Source: Pyrinomonadaceae bacterium
GTDB taxonomy: Bacteria; Acidobacteriota; Blastocatellia; Pyrinomonadales; Pyrinomonadaceae
Length of the DNA: 64,000 nucleotides
Assembly: GCA_035281525.1 (NCBI GenBank)
Contig: DATEDU010000396.1
Span: 2,660 to 66,659 of the forward strand
Direction of reading: 5' to 3'
How positions within the stretch are numbered: position 1 is the first letter of the stretch; every line of letters starts with the position of its first letter. Shown here in pieces: positions 63,210 through 64,000 of this stretch. Under the pieces are notes generated by a model. That model was not told the origin of the DNA. It did no database searches and saw only the letters and a program-made list of their open reading frames with translations. A program made the position numbers and the translations under genes.

Positions 63210-64000
63210 CTACGGGCAGGTGCTTAGTTTGAATGAAAAGATGTGGGTAGCCCAGTTGAAATTGCCATCGACTGGTTGAAACTGTGATGTGAACACCATA
63301 GTGCAACCGTCGACCGGGTCTACGCTGATCGTGCTGTAGTCACCCCATCTAGAGAGATTCGGTGTTTGTACACCCGGACCTACCTTGATGGAGGTCTCAT
63401 TACCCAGTGTGCCTAATGGATCGGCCGGGGCTCGATATGCATATCGAATGCTGGGCTTGATGCTGCTGCTGTTGGAGATGTTATAGCCGATGGCGATACC
63501 ACCAGTGCTGTCCATCGCCGCACTCCCCATCCAGCGATAGTCCGAGCTGGGCGAAAAAGTGCCTTGTTGGCGGACCACCGGAGTAGCGCTATTGATCGTT
63601 TGTCCAGTCGCGTTCTGCAACTCATACCATCGAATCGCGCTCACTCCTCCAGTAGCGACTGAGTGATTAATTACCAATGCCTCGCGAGTTCCCAGGTTGC
63701 GATAAACGAGGCGGTACATAAGGCGATCTGCAAGCGAGTCCAGCACCTGACTCGTGCCGGGCTGAGGAATGCAGGCGCCGCCTCCACATGCTCTGCTGAA
63801 ACTTACCCCGGCGATAGCCGTGGGGCCAGTGAGCGTACCCGTGCCGGCACCCCAGTTCACCGCAAATCTCCAAAAGTTCATGCTAGAGCTGGTGATGCTG
63901 AGCAGGAAGTTACGAGAGCCCACGGGTGGCAATGTCGACCCCTCAAGATCGGCCGGTACCAAGCTGTGATGGCTGGTGCTGGTATTCGCGCAAGCTTGTC
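63210..64000 (-). CDS. Hypothetical protein, partial (5' end beyond the window)
   Basis: The reading frame stays open from 63210 to the window edge, with no stop upstream of the TTG at 63962. It contains RWGDYSTISVDPVDG and Gly/Ser/Thr-rich beta-strand-like segments. Possibly a beta-propeller. Confidence 0.6.
   Translation of the reverse strand, partial: QACANTSTSHHSLVPADLEGSTLPPVGSRNFLLSITSSSMNFWRFAVNWGAGTGTLTGPTAIAGVSFSRACGGGACIPQPGTSQVLDSLADRLMYRLVYRNLGTREALVINHSVATGGVSAIRWYELQNATGQTINSATPVVRQQGTFSPSSDYRWMGSAAMDSTGGIAIGYNISNSSSIKPSIRYAYRAPADPLGTLGNETSIKVGPGVQTPNLSRWGDYSTISVDPVDGCTMVFTSQFQPVDGNFNWATHIFSFKLSTCP

Noticed and set aside
1-64000. Mobile genetic element, prophage or defence-island hallmarks (integrase, transposase, tRNA attachment site, cas, restriction-modification, toxin-antitoxin, reverse transcriptase)
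   Set aside because: None of the translated ORFs shows the corresponding motifs. The four-helix-bundle gene is Avd-like, but no RT or template/variable repeat pair is present, so I make no DGR call.

Overview
64-kb chromosomal window with about 50 credible protein-coding genes. I recognise no rRNA, tRNA, CRISPR array, transposase, integrase or phage structural gene. The gene content points to an Acidobacteriota genome (inference): two tandem VWA proteins of the 'VWFA-related acidobacterial' type, two >1000-aa TonB-dependent-receptor-like barrels with N-terminal carboxypeptidase-regulatory domains, and many CarboxypepD_reg/TPR secreted proteins. Main blocks are as follows. (1) 0.1-7.2 kb holds secreted proteins, including a TIMP/NTR-like protein and two translationally coupled paralogous giant secreted proteins. 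(2) 7.4-17.3 kb holds an MscS channel, a TetR-acyl-CoA synthetase operon, an FNR-like oxidoreductase, an M20 peptidase and an M36 fungalysin-like protease. (3) 17.3-17.9 kb is a gene-free island packed with hairpins and a 5 x 30-nt tandem repeat. (4) 20.2-32.6 kb is a single-strand polysaccharide locus: initiating sugar-phosphate transferase, DUF354, WbpE/WbpB/WbpD-like enzymes, AsnB-like amidotransferase, GT2, SDR epimerase and two methyltransferases. A Wza-like exporter lies at 35.7-37.1 kb. (5) 33.6-35.6 kb is a cluster of four small membrane proteins (DUF2752, zinc-ribbon-TM2, CD225/dispanin, unknown). (6) 40.5-51.5 kb holds the OMP/VWA genes. (7) 51.7-59.2 kb is a membrane protein-DUF4129-DUF4350-MoxR-DUF58 operon with a convergent SpoIIM-like gene and a four-helix-bundle (23S rRNA IVS/Avd-like) gene between them. 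(8) 59.3-64 kb holds a formimidoyltransferase, an overlapping alpha/beta-hydrolase plus 585-aa GNAT-like pair, and a partial secreted protein. The most unusual feature is non-coding. Nearly every intergenic gap carries a long inverted repeat whose arms are built from short (6-8 nt) degenerate tandem units. Several sequence families recur across the window. Pieces of these and of a second hairpin family are incorporated in frame into coding sequences. All functional calls come from motif recognition by eye; no searches were run.
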